64,000 bases of DNA from assembly GCA_963829055.1 (NCBI GenBank), contig CAWHHI010000020.1, positions 672,001 through 736,000 of the forward strand. The letters run 5' to 3'. The notes beneath the pieces are model-generated. The model ran no database searches. It saw only the letters and a list, made by a program, of their open reading frames with translations, and was not told the origin of the DNA. Shown here piece after piece: positions 53,032 through 64,000 of the stretch (positions are counted from its first letter, which is position 1; each line of letters starts with the position of its first letter). This DNA is from an uncultured Gemmatimonadaceae bacterium. Lineage in GTDB: Bacteria > Gemmatimonadota > Gemmatimonadetes > Gemmatimonadales > Gemmatimonadaceae. A program made the position numbers and the translations under genes.

Positions 53032-54130
53032 ATGCCCAACCAGACGCCGAACCTTCCACCACCAGACGACTCCGCCGATTGGGAGGCGATCGCCCGGTAC
53101 TTCGCGGGCGAGAGCACTCCCGATGAGGCGGAAGTCGTCCGCCGGTGGCTCGAGGCGCACCCGGTCGAGGCTTCGGCGCTGGCGTCGCTCAGCGACGCGA
53201 CCACCCGCTGCGCAACTGCTACCCCGCCGGGCCTCGACGTCGAAGCGGCGCTGAAGCGGGTCAACGAGCGACGCGACGCCGCCGACGTCATTCCCGATCG
53301 GCAGCCGCCGGCCAGCCGCGCGCCGCATCTGTCCGAACGCGGCGCGCCCGCTCGTCGATGGCAGCCGTTCGCGCTCCCTGCAGCGGCGGCCGCCGTGCTG
53401 CTCATCGGCGGCGTCGCTGTGGTGGCACTCGACGCAGAACGGCGGGTATACGCCACGGCATCGGCGCGCACAGACGTTCGCGACGACCGTCGGCCAGCGT
53501 GACTCGGTGCGACTCGCGGATGGGACGCGCGTTCTGCTCGCTCCCGAGAGTCGCTTGACCGTGGCATTGGGATACGGAAACAACGTGCGCGAAGTCGAGC
53601 TACGAGGGCGAAGCGTACTTCGACGTCCACACGACGCCGCGCGACCGTTCGTCGTGCACGCGGGCGGCGCCGACATCCGCGACCTCGGCACGACGTTCAC
53701 CGTGCGCGTCACCGGCGATCAGGGTGTCCGCGTCGCCGTGACGTCGGGATCCGTCTCGCTCGCACCCACGCAGACCGCGTCGCCGAACGCCGCCGTCGTG
53801 CTGCGCCCCGGCGATGCCGGAACGCTCGCGGCCGATGGACGTATGCTCGTCGAACGCGGCGGCACCGCCGAGCCCGACACCGCATGGACGCAGCGGTCGC
53901 CTCGTGTTCCGCGAAGCGCCGGTGGCGACCGTGCGCGCCGAGCTGCGCCGCTGGTACGGAATCGATCTCGAGATCGACTCGTCGTTCGCGTCGCGCCACC
54001 TCTCCATGACGTTCGACGGCGAGACCGCCGATCGCGTTCTCGAGGTGATCGCGTCTGAGCCTCGGCGCCGACGTGTCAGCGGCAGGGCAACACCGCGGTC
54101 CTGAAGCCAGGCTCGCCGCGCTCGCGATGA
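53032..54130 (+). CDS. FecR-family anti-sigma/sensor (frameshifted)
   Basis: WEAIARYFAGE.T.DE, RLADGTRVLL..ESRL, DLGTTFTV, LVFREAP...ELRRWYG. Confidence 0.85.
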
Positions 54131-56874
54131 CGGTACGCGCGGCCGCTCCCGCGACGCGGGACACCCTCGTCGCGCGACGTCTCGTCGCGTCGATTCGCAA
54201 TTCGCGCGCTCTCGCCTCGCGCTATCCGCGCGTCGCCGCCAACGCCCAGTCGACCTGTTCGGCGACCGCCGCTCCATCCCGTGCGGCGCGGCATCGAAGC
54301 ATTGGCCCGCGCCACTCGACCGACAGGTCACGCTCGAGGGCGACCACGTCACCCTGCGCGACGGCCTAACGCGCCTCGCCTCCGCCGCCCGCGTTAGGCT
54401 CTCGTACGTGGCCGAGCTGCTGCCGCTCGACCGTTCGCTGTGTCTGGCGTACAGGTCGGTGGCGGTCGGTGACGTGCTCTCCGACCTGCTGCGCGGCACG
54501 GAGCTCGAGCCCGTCGTGGCGGGAGACGATCAGGTCGTGCTCGCCCCGGCGCGACGCACGGCGTCGACGGAGCGTTCGACGATGATGACACCGACGCGCG
54601 GCGAACGAGCGTGCTCGATCGCGTGGTCGTCATCGGCGACGACGTCGCGACAACGCCAGCGGTCCGTGCCGATCTCGCTCGACGTCGTGAGCGGCGACAA
54701 GCTGGCCCGTCAGGAGGACAACGGCTCGCTGACGCACCTGCTCGACGGCTCCGTGCCCGGCATGTGGATGTGGCAGCAGGCGCCGACGACACTGCTCGCG
54801 CGCTACGGCAGCATCCGCGGCGCGAGCTCGTTCGGGCTCAGCTACCCGAAGATCTACATCGACGGCATCGAGGTCGCGAACCCGCTGATCGTCCGGCAGT
54901 TCGACCCGTCGACGATCGAACGCGTCGAGGTGATTCGCGGTCCGCAGGGCTCGGCGCTGTACGGCGCGGACGCGAACAGTGGCGTCATCAACATCATCAC
55001 GCGTCACGACGGCGCCGGCCGCCGGCGGCCAGCGCCTCGCAGCTGCAGAGCACCGCGGGCGTGTCGGGCAGCCAGTTCGCGCCGCAGGGCGTGCTCACGC
55101 AGCAGCACGCGCTCGCGTTCCGCACCGGGACCGCCGAGCGCTCCGCGGGACTCGGCTTGAGCATGAGCACGTTAGGCGCCTACGTACCCGGTGCGTTCGC
55201 CCGAACGATCGCCGCGAACGGCGACCTGCGCGTCGTCGGCGCGCGCAGCGTGTTCACCGGCATCGCGCGCGCTGTTCACGCGAGCGCGCGGGGACGCCCG
55301 CGAATCCGCTGCTGCCGCGGGCTCGCCGGGGCTCGGCAGCCGGTGGCGACTACCAACACTACCGACAGCGGATCGATCGCCGCGGCGATCCACCGGCGTA
55401 CTCGCGTGCGGGAATGGACGACACGACGCACGGCGCCGCTGTCAGCTCGCAGACCGCCCCGTCGTTCTCGACCGATTCGAGCGCGACGCAGTCGGTGAGC
55501 CAGTACACGGTCGGCGGCAACGCTCGTCGTGCACGCCTAACGACCGCTGGACGCACACGTTCGTGCTCGGCGTCGATGGCTATCGCCTGGCGAATCCGGC
55601 GCTGGACGACGGTCCGATCCCGAGCGCGACGGATTCCGCCCTGGCGGCGGCGCGGGGCGGCGGCGATCGCGTCACCGCTCGCGTGACGAGCGCGGCACAC
55701 TTCGGCTCGGTCGGTCGCGCGGCGACGGTGCTGACGTTCACGGCCGAGCACTGCGGCCGTTCGCGAGGAGAGCGCGGTCCGTCTCCATGGTCGGCCAGGG
55801 CGGCGACTACGGTGACGCGTCCTGGTGAGGCCGACGAGCGAGCGTCGGAAGCGCGGCTCATCGGGTGGCGTGGCAACACGGGCCTGGTTGCGCAGGCGAA
55901 CACGTCACTGCCGCAACCGACTGTTCCTGACCGCCGGCCTGCGCCTCGAGCGCGACGACGCGCTGGTCGGGTCGACGCACGTGACAGCTCGCTCCCCATG
56001 CTCGGCGGGGCGCTCGTCGACGGATCGTGGCGACGTGACGCTCAAGCTGCGTGCGGCGTACGGCAAGGGCGATTCGCCCCGTGCAGGGCGCGATTCGCGA
56101 GCTCGCGTGGAGCGGGCGACGCGCGACGCTCGTCGCGTACGATCTCGCGCCGGAGCAGCAGGCAGGCGTCGAGGCGGGCGCGGATCTGTTCGTCGGACGC
56201 AACGTTGGCTTCCACGTGACGCGCTTCGATCAGCAGGCGACCGGGCTGATTCAATCGGTGCGCGGTCACGATGCCGGCGCGCTCGCTCGTCGCGTGGCCC
56301 GCGGTTCGACGAACGAGCCTACGGCAACAGGGAAGCGACGTCGCGTACCAGTTGCAGAACGTCGGCGCGATCGCGAATCGCGGCTGGGAGCTTCAGAGCA
56401 CCGTCGGCGTTCGGGCGTCTGTCGCTCTCGAGCGCGCTCTCGCTCGTGGATAGCCGAGTGCAGCGGCTGGCGTCGGGGTACACGGGTGATCTGCGGCCGG
56501 GCGACCGGATGCTCGACGTGCCCGCGCGGACGGCGAGCGTCAGCGGCTCGTGGACGGCGGCGCGGTGGTTCGCGATCGCTGACGCTCGCGCGGGCGGCCG
56601 ACTGGACGGGCTACGATCGCGTGGCCATCGCGAAGGCCCTGACGAGTGGTGGCCTCATGCCGCGCGACCTGGTCGGTGAGCGGCTGCGCAGCTACTGGCG
56701 CGAGTACGACGGCGTGACGCGCGTACGCGCGAACTTCACCCGGGATCTTGTTCCGCGGCCTCTCGCTCGTGCTCGACCGGCGACAACCTGCTCGGCCAGC
56801 AGCGCGGCGAGCCGGACAACGCGACGATCGTTCCGGGCCGTACGGTAACGGCCGGGATCAAAGCGAAGTTCTGA
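54127..56874 (+). CDS. TonB-dependent receptor with STN-like domain, paralog 2 (many indels)
   Basis: LLDGSVPGMWMW, SIRGASSFGLSYPKIYIDGIEVAN, LQNVGAIANRGWEL, GDRMLDVP, terminal AKF; collinear with 46520..49102. Confidence 0.82.
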
Positions 56875-57261
56875 TTCCGGCTGCTCCGAGCCGCTCAGAC
56901 GGAGGGGCGAACGGATCCGGCGGATCGATCGGCATCGACTACCTGTGTCATCCCGAGCGCGCAGTGTCCGCCCAGCGGGCAGAGGCAAACGCGCTACTCC
57001 AACGGCGCAACGCTGAACGCGTAGGCGCGCTTCGCTCGCGACGTAGACGGACGCAGAAAACTGCACCGACCCCTTCGGCACAACCTCGCGTTTCACCGAG
57101 GCCGTGAGAAAGGGGGGCGCCCTGCCGCTGTCCCCGAGCGGCTGTTTTCTGCGGCGTCTGCGATGGCCGCGTCAGCGGCCCTGCGAGTTCTGCGTTGCGC
57201 AGTGCGGCCTCCGAGACTCGCCTGATCCTTGCGTGAAGGACGTGCTACGCGAGTCGACGGA

Positions 57262-59022
57262 TTACGCCTGCTGCGTCACGCGCGTCTCGCGCACTTCCGC
57301 CAGATACTGATGCACGAACGCGATCGCCATGCTCCCTTCGCCCACGCTCGACGCAACGCGCTTGATCGAGCCGTGACTCACGTCGCCCGCGGCGAAGATG
57401 CCAGGCACGCTCGTCTCCAGCAGATACGGATCGCGCTCGAGCGGCCACGTGCCCACGGCGCGGTCCGCGCAGGAGATCCATCACGTCGCGGCCGGCACAC
57501 ACGTAGCCCCACTCGTCGCGAATCAGCTTCTCGCGGCAGCCAGTCCGTTTCGGCGTGCGCGCCGATGAACACGAACAGCGCGTCGCTCTCCCGCCGCTCT
57601 CGCCGACGCGACGGACCGGTCGCGACCTCGATGGCCTCGAGACGATCAGTGCCCTCGACCGCGAGACCTCGGCTTGCGTCTCGATGGTGACGTTCGCCTT
57701 CGCCTCCAGCTGCGTCGATGAGGTACTGCGACATGCTCGCCGCGAGCGACGGACCGCGCACCAGCATCGTCACGGACTCGGCGTAGCTCGCGAGACTTGC
57801 AGTCGCCGCCTGGCCCGCGGAGTTGCCGCCGCCGATCAGATGGACGCGACATCCGCGAACGCCGCGAGCGCCTCCAGTGACGCCGCACCGTAGTAGACGC
57901 CGTGCCCGGTCAACCGGTGATGCCCGGCGTGTCGAGCCGGCGCCATTGCACGCCGCTCGCCATCACCACGGCTTTTGTCGTTAGGCGCGAGCCATCGTCG
58001 AGCACGATCGTGTGCGCCGCCGTCTTCAGCTGACGTCGGGTCACCAGGCTCGATCGAGACGACGGAGCGCGCGACGAGCAGCTCGGCGTCGAAGCGCTAG
58101 CGCCTGCTGTACGCGCGCGCGCTCAGCTCGTCGCCCGACAACCCGCCCGGGAAGCCGAGGTAGTTCTCGATGCGCGAGGAGGTGCCGGCCTGGCCGCCAC
58201 ACGCCGTTTGTCTCGACGAGCAGCGTGCAGAGTCCTTCGGATGCGCCGTAGACCGCGGCGGCGAGCCCCGCCGGCCCGCCGCCCACGATGACGACGTCGT
58301 ACGCATTGCGCGTCGGCGTCGTCTGAAGCCCGAGCGCGTCGGCGAGCGCCGCGGAACGACGGCGCTTCCAAACGAGTGCCGTCGGCAGAGTAGCACGAGC
58401 GGCAGGGCTGTTCCCGCGAAGGCGGTCGCGGCGGCGTCCGCCGACGGGAGAATCCCATCGAAGACGAGCCGGTTCACGGCGTCCGCATCGTCGAGATCGC
58501 GCCACGCGAACAGCATCCGATTGCGCGCGAGGAACTCGCGCAGCTCGAGGCACGTCACGTCCGACTGACGGCCGATCAACGTGGCCGCGGTCATCGGAGT
58601 GTTCGCCGACGACTTGCTGCAGCTTCCCGACCCGCGTCTCCATCGTCTTCATGATCTCCGCATTCAACACTCGGCAGTGCGAGATGAGATCGTGGAAGTC
58701 GGCTGGATCGAGTCGCATAACGCGGGCGGGCTCGAGGGCCCGGACGCTCGCGACCGCTGGGGACGCGAGCAGCAGCGGCACCTCGCCGAAGTACTCGCCC
58801 GGCTCGTAGGTCGCGAGCTGCTGGTCGTGGCCGCCGATGTTCTTGTGGAGTGCGAGACGACCTTCGAGGAGACCGAAGAACGCGGGAGTCTGGCCTTCGA
58901 GGATCAGCCATTCGTTCTGGTGCAGCCGCACGTCCGCGGCGCGGCGCGGCGAGGGACGCGAGCTCGTTGGGGGGAATGCGAGCGAACAGCGGAATGCGCG
59001 TGAGCAGTTCGGCGGTGATCAT
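57262..59022 (-). CDS. Thioredoxin reductase-like FAD oxidoreductase with N-terminal cyclic-nucleotide-binding domain (frameshifted)
   Basis: PGEYFGEVPLL; VGGGPAGLAAAVYGASEGL; GGQAGTSSRIENYLGFP; LETSVPGIFAAGDV..GSIKRVASSVGEG. Confidence 0.85.
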
Positions 59023-59128
59023 GCGTCGTCCTCGTCCAGCGGGCAGCGGTGGCGCGGAGCGGTCGCTTCGTCGAGCGTACCTGAATGATGGCGCGTGGCG
59101 GAAGTCCGGCGATGATCGGAATGGACTA

Positions 59129-59177
59129 TTGACATGCGTCGAGACAATGGTTATCATAGCAAGTGTTGTTACGGCAA
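59129..59177 (+). promoter_or_regulatory. Sigma-70 promoter of marR with overlapping putative MarR boxes
   Basis: TTGACA (59129) - 17 bp - TATCAT (59152); TTATCATAGCAA and TTGTTACGGCAA resemble the palindrome at 59830. Confidence 0.7.
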
Positions 59178-59208
59178 CCGCTCGACCCCCGCACCACTCA
59201 CGGTCACC

Positions 59209-59794
59209 ATGTCCACGCCCAAACCCGGCACACGCGCTCGCGTCCAGCGCGGTTCAGAGCGAGATCCGGCAGAACAAGCCGTTCCGCTCCACCGCCCAGG
59301 AGGCCACGATCGCCCTGCTTCGTACGGCGTCGGTGGTGAATCGCACCCTCGCTCGAGTAGTGGAGCCGTCGGGGCTCAGCCTCGCCCAGTACAACGCGTT
59401 ACGCATCATCCGCGGCGCCGGCACGGGCGGCATCCCGACGCTGTCCATCCGCGAACGCATGATCGAGGAAGGCACGACGATCACGCGATTGCTCGACAAG
59501 CTCGAAGAGGCTGGGCTCATCCGACGCGAGCGCAGCTACCCGGACCGCCGACAGGTGCTCTGCTTCGTGAGCGACACCGGTCGCGCGTTGCTCGATACGC
59601 TGGACCCACAGGTGGACTCGGCGGACGAAGCAGTGGTATCCACGCTCAGCGACGCGCAGCTGGATCGGTTCATCGAGTTGCTGGATGTGGTACGGAAGGC
59701 AAACGCCGAGCGTGGCGCCGCGCGGTCGGCCGCGACGCGTGAGGCGGGTGCGCCACCGGTCGCGCGAAGCACGCGTTCGAAAGCGAGGCGCTGA
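59209..59794 (+). CDS. MarR-family transcriptional regulator
   Basis: GLSLAQYNALRIIRGAG, ITRLLDKLEEAGLIRRER..DRRQV; indel near the N-terminus. Confidence 0.9.
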
Positions 59795-59829
59795 CGAAGG
59801 GCCCATCGAAAGACAGTCGTGATTGATAC

Positions 59830-59841
59830 TTGCTCTAGCAA
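59830..59841. promoter_or_regulatory. Putative MarR operator upstream of doxX
   Basis: Palindrome TTGCTCTAGCAA. Confidence 0.6.
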
Positions 59842-59886
59842 CTGTTGCACAGACACTCAACCATCTCACTCGACAGGACCACGCCC

Positions 59887-60408
59887 ATGTACCGCAAACT
59901 GATCGCGACCAACTCCGACCTCGGCGCCCTCGCCGGTCGTGTCATGCTCGGCGCCATCATGCTCCCGCATGGATTCCAGCACGCCCTCGGCTTGTTCGGC
60001 GGCTACGGCTTCAGCGGCACGCTCGGATGGATGACGAAGACGTTAGGCTTCCCCGCCCCGCTCGCGGCCGTCGCGATCGCCACCGAGCTCATCGCGCCGT
60101 TCGCGTTGATCTTCGGGCTCGGCGGCCGGCTCGCCTCCCTCGGCATCATCGGGATCATGGCGGGCGCGATCAGCACGCACGCGCCTAACGGGTTCTTCAT
60201 GAACTGGTTCGGCAGCCTTCCCGCGGGCACCGAAGGGTTCGAGTACCATCTGCTCGCGATTGGGCTCGGCGCCGTCATCGTCGCGAACGGGAGCGGTGCG
60301 CTGTCGATCGACCGCCTGCTCACCACCCGTTGGGCAGAGCGCAAGTCCGCTGGTGTGTCCGGTTCGACTCCGCGGACACGTCTCGAAGGTGACCGCAGAG
60401 TCGCGTAG
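59887..60408 (+). CDS. DoxX-family membrane protein
   Basis: RVMLGAIMLPHG.Q..LG.FGGYG, NGFFMNW, EGFEYHLL. Confidence 0.9.
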   Translation: MYRKLIATNSDLGALAGRVMLGAIMLPHGFQHALGLFGGYGFSGTLGWMTKTLGFPAPLAAVAIATELIAPFALIFGLGGRLASLGIIGIMAGAISTHAPNGFFMNWFGSLPAGTEGFEYHLLAIGLGAVIVANGSGALSIDRLLTTRWAERKSAGVSGSTPRTRLEGDRRVA

Positions 60409-60465
60409 TTCCCGATCACCAACGTTCTCTTCCCGCGCAATAAATCCTTTCCTGGAGCTACTCCC

Positions 60466-60843
60466 ATGACCGCAACGTCCACGAAACAGAACGTCCTCGG
60501 CCTCATCAAGCTCGTTGAAGCTGGCCGGATGCTCGATGCGATGACCACGTACTACGCGCCCGACATCGCGATGCAGGAGAACGTCTCACCGCCGACGGTG
60601 GGCTTCACGGAGAACTACGCGCGTGAAGCGGCGTTTTACGGCTCGCTCGAGGCGCTCAAATTCAACCTCGTCTCGGTGCTCGTCGAAGGTGACGTCGCGG
60701 TGATCAACTGGGTGTTCGACTACACGACGGCGGACGGCAAGCAGTATCGGATGGACGAGATCGCCGTGCAGACGTGGCGCGGCGGGAAGGTCATCCACGA
60801 GCGCTACATTTACGACACGGCATCACTCGCCGTTGCCGCCTGA
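60466..60843 (+). CDS. SnoaL-like/NTF2-fold protein
   Basis: YYAPDIAMQEN, DEIAVQTWRGGKVIHERYIY; GGAG RBS. Confidence 0.85.
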   Translation: MTATSTKQNVLGLIKLVEAGRMLDAMTTYYAPDIAMQENVSPPTVGFTENYAREAAFYGSLEALKFNLVSVLVEGDVAVINWVFDYTTADGKQYRMDEIAVQTWRGGKVIHERYIYDTASLAVAA

Positions 60844-60912
60844 CGCCGCATGTCTGCCACTCGACCAACGTCTGCCGCGCGCGCTCCTCTCGAGCGTGCG
60901 CGGCGCGCTTTC

Positions 60913-61698
60913 ATGAGACGCGTGGAACATCAGAGCCTTCTGTTCATCTACGCCCACCCGGACGACGAGAGCTTTCTCTCCGCCGGCACGATCACGCACT
61001 ACAGGCGTCTCGCGAACACGCGCATCGCGCTCGTCACGGCAACGCGCGGCGGCGCGGCCACGCGGCCGCCTGACGCCGATTGGATGCGCGAAGATCTCGA
61101 GGCGTTGCGCGCGAAGGAGATGGACGCCGCGTCGCAGATTCTTGGCATTCATCACACGGCGCTCCTCACGCACCCGGACCGCGGGCTCGCGACGTCGGAT
61201 CATGAGCTGATTCGCCGAGAGCTCGTGTCGGCGATTCGGCTGCACAGGCCGCAGGTCGTGGTCACGTTCGATCCGAATGGCCAGAACCTGCACGCGGATC
61301 ACATCGCGATCAGTCGTTATACGAGCGATGCGGTAGCCGCGGCGTCAGACGCGCGATGGCTACCGGAGACCGGACCGGCGCACGTGGTTCAGCGCCTTCT
61401 CTGGACGACGCCCGTTACGGTGTGGGACGCGTTGCGCGCGCCATTGCGCGTCCCGCTCGCCGAGCGACCCGGCGTCGACTTTCTGATCGACACGTCGGCC
61501 TACGTCGCCGAGAAGGAAGCGGCCCTGCGCGCGCATGTCACGCAGCGCCCGGGCATCGATCGCCTGCTGCTCGCCACGGGCGACCGCGAGGCGGCACTGA
61601 GCGTGGAGGCATATCGACTCGGCTGGGGACCAGCGCCGCGTGCTCGACCTGCTGGGTGTCTGTTCGAGGGCCTCCAGATCGGTGCGCCGGATGCCTAA
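60913..61698 (+). CDS. PIG-L/LmbE-family deacetylase
   Basis: AHPDDES, TATRG, PQVVVTFDP, HADH, ALRAHVTQ. Confidence 0.88.
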   Translation: MRRVEHQSLLFIYAHPDDESFLSAGTITHYRRLANTRIALVTATRGGAATRPPDADWMREDLEALRAKEMDAASQILGIHHTALLTHPDRGLATSDHELIRRELVSAIRLHRPQVVVTFDPNGQNLHADHIAISRYTSDAVAAASDARWLPETGPAHVVQRLLWTTPVTVWDALRAPLRVPLAERPGVDFLIDTSAYVAEKEAALRAHVTQRPGIDRLLLATGDREAALSVEAYRLGWGPAPRARPAGCLFEGLQIGAPDA

Positions 61699-61795
61699 CG
61701 CCCGTGTCCGACACCAAGGACGAAGGGTTATGAACGGATGCCTCTGATCCAAAGCATCCGCTCGCCCCATTGTCTGAGATGCCGGCGCGAGGCCA

Positions 61796-63566
61796 TTACT
61801 GTTGGCAACTCCCGCGCGGATTCGGCTTCGGCTTATCGACCACGACGCGGTGGTCGAGATTCCCGACCTGCTCGGCGATCCCGTACACGAGCTTCCCGAC
61901 CTGCTTCCATGCGATTGTAGTCGATGTACTGCGGCTCGTCCGTCACCTGGTGGTAGTCCGCGTGGCCACCCGTGGTGAAGAAGATGATCGGGATCCCGTA
62001 GCGCGCATACATGTAGTGATCGCTGCGGCAGTAGATGTTCTGTGGATGGCCGTTGGCGTCGAGCGAGTAGTCGAACTTGAGCGTGCCGCCCTGCGCGCTG
62101 TTCACCGTCTCCGCGAGGTCGCCAAGCTCCGTCGAGAGACGCCGCGAGCCGATGAGCTGCAGGTAGCCAGGGCCGCCGTGAATCGGCGCGCCGGCCTTTG
62201 TCACTCCCGTGAAGTCGTTCGCGCCGCCGCGTCCCACCATGTCGATGTTGAGCTGCGCCACGATCGAGTCGCGCGGGACCGTCGGGTGATCCGTGAAGTA
62301 CGAGGAGCCGAGGAGGCCGAGCTCTTCGCCGGTGTGCCAGACGAAGAGCAGTGAGCGCTTCGGCTTCACTCGCGCATTGGCGAACGCCTCGGCGATCTCG
62401 AGCACCGTCGTCGTGCCGGAGCCATCGTCATCGGCACCGTTGTAGATCGAGTCGCGGCGCGCGGCGTGCGTCGCCCGCAGACTGTCGGCCACTCGGTGGA
62501 TACGCGCCCAGTCGGCCTGGGCAACCGGCGTCTCCTCGTTGTCCGCACCCTGCGGACGCGCGATCAGCTGGTACGCCTTCACGGAGTCGTGGTCGGCCGG
62601 CTCGTTGTTGAAGCCGACGTGATCGTTGTGCGCGCCGATGGCGACGTACTGACCGCGCAGGGCGGGATCCGATCCGGGAATGATGGCGACGACGTTCCGT
62701 GCTGGCGCGTCCTTCGCGACGAAGCGAATCTGTCCACTTATCTTGCCGCCCTCAGCTCCCGGCTCTGCCGTCGCCGCGTCCCGGCCAAGCATCGCTCGCG
62801 CGACCGCTTTCGTCACATAGAAATAGTTAGGCAGCGGCCGTGATTCTCCGGCTCCTTTCGGAAGCGACCGCGGGGACACGGAAGAACTGGTCGACGTAGC
62901 CCGCCGGTAGATCATCGAGCGTCACGACAGCGATCGCCACCGCATTCGGAAAGTGCACCGAGAGCTGGTTGCGATTCACGTTGAAGTTGGGGCGCCCGGC
63001 GCTGTCCTTCCCGATCGTGAGCAGCACGACCTTTCCCGACGACTGACGCCGGCGGTACGACGCGCTGCGGGATCGCCGAGTGATCCGCCGTAGACGACGG
63101 TCGCGCCGTCGAACGCTTGCGCTCCGGCACCTTGATCGCGAGGCGCGAACTCCGTCCAGAGCTTGAGGGCCCGTCCGCCGACCGTGATGGTGGTCGACGG
63201 GTCGATCTCACGCTGTTCGAGCGGGAACTGGAAGTAGGTGCCGTTCTCACCGGCGGGCTGGAGCCCCATTCGCTTGAGCTCGCGCTCGATGTAGAGTGCG
63301 CCCTTCGCGTTGTACGGCGTATCCGCGGCGCGGCCCATCATCGAGTCGTCGGCAATGATGTAGAGGCGCGTCATCATGTCCGCTGCGACGATCGCTGGGC
63401 GCGTCGCGGGCCCGGCGTACTTGAGCGGCAGCATGCTCGGTACGGCGGCCGCGGCAGCGTTAGGCGCCGGCGCCTCGCGCGTCGCGGTCGATGCCGAGGA
63501 GCACGCGCCGAGGAGCGACGTGGCGGCGGTACTGAGTCCACCAATGACGAACGCTAAACGTCTCAC
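61796..63566 (-). CDS. M28-family peptidase lipoprotein (frameshifted)
   Basis: LGAC; GAHNDHVG, NGADDDGSG, TGEELGLLGS, NIDMVG, RSDH, DYHQVTD. Confidence 0.88.
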
Positions 63567-63695
63567 ACTCGCTCCGTGATAGCTGGGACGAACGGTCTGC
63601 TCATATGCAAAGCCGGGATAGGCGACCTTGAGCCTATCCCGGCTGTTCTCACGTCAACAATACCACTTCGCAACTCGCAGACCGTACCGGACGTT

Positions 63696-63818
63696 GTCAT
63701 TCCGAGCGAGCGAAGCCGGGTCCCACGCAGTGGGCGCAGGAATCGAGAGGGTACGGTTTGAGGGCCCTCTATCGGGACGATCGCGATTCCTCGACTCACT
63801 TCGTTCGCTCGGAATGAC
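63696..63818. repeat. Palindromic intergenic element, type A
   Basis: GTCATTCCGAGCG...GAGGGCCCTCT...GATTCCTCGACTC...CGCTCGGAATGAC, followed by CCGCCGT/CCGCCTT heptamers. Confidence 0.9.
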
Positions 63819-63851
63819 ACCCGCCGTCCGCCGTCCGCCTTCCGCCCTCCG

Positions 63852-64000
63852 TTACGGAATGCCCGCTGGCGCCTGCGGACTCTCCGGAATCCCCGGCACC
63901 GACTCCATCTTCTTCTGCCGCGGCCAGATCTCATCGAGCGTGTTGCCGTCGTAGAGCCGGCCGTTCTTCATCACGTAGCGAACCGTGTTCGAGTTGCGGA
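63852..64000 (-). CDS. C-terminus of a probable amidohydrolase-family protein (partial)
   Basis: RNSNTVRYVMKNGRLYDGNTLDEIWP resembles amidohydrolase C-termini. Confidence 0.65.
   Translation of the reverse strand, partial: RNSNTVRYVMKNGRLYDGNTLDEIWPRQKKMESVPGIPESPQAPAGIP

Noticed and set aside
56875..57261. Possible ncRNA in a 390-bp gap between convergent genes
   Set aside because: Only a lone type B arm and weak inverted repeats are visible; no recognisable RNA family without a covariance search
7119..63818. Palindromic repeats as a CRISPR array or integron attC sites
   Set aside because: They are dispersed, have no regular unique spacers, flank genes in both orientations, and no cas or intI gene is present

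Overview
High-GC (roughly 68-70% by eye) bacterial chromosomal window. Gene content (SusC/SusD-like pair, ECF sigma/FecR/TonB sets, LytS/LytTR, BlaI/M56, many secreted peptidases and lipoproteins) suggests Gemmatimonadota; this is an inference. Many genes carry single-base indels typical of uncorrected long-read assembly, so several CDS were stitched across ORF fragments and their coordinates are approximate. In order: LytTR/LytS pair; MacAB-TolC-type exporter; molybdopterin oxidoreductase plus ferredoxin reductase; a BlaI / M56-HEAT / HEAT-protein module; esterase, YceI, FecR; an ~18 kb minus-strand amino-acid/peptide utilisation locus (aapP, gntR, susC/susD-like, M28, aminotransferase, AstE-family deacylase, TTC38-like, metC, aapJQM); amidohydrolase and ECF sigma; surface peptidases; two paralogous TonB receptors around an ECF/FecR pair; cNMP-thioredoxin reductase; MarR-DoxX-SnoaL-PIG-L; M28. 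I saw no rRNA, tRNA, CRISPR array, integrase or transposase. Most notable observations: (1) the non-palindromic heptamer CCTAACG/CGTTAGG occurs about 52 times, on both strands, in several reading frames and through rare codons; (2) a BlaI-type regulon in which the M56 sensor and a second HEAT protein both end in PWPWPWPxPRPYP; (3) about 15 copies of two subfamilies of palindromic intergenic element, plus other small repeat families.
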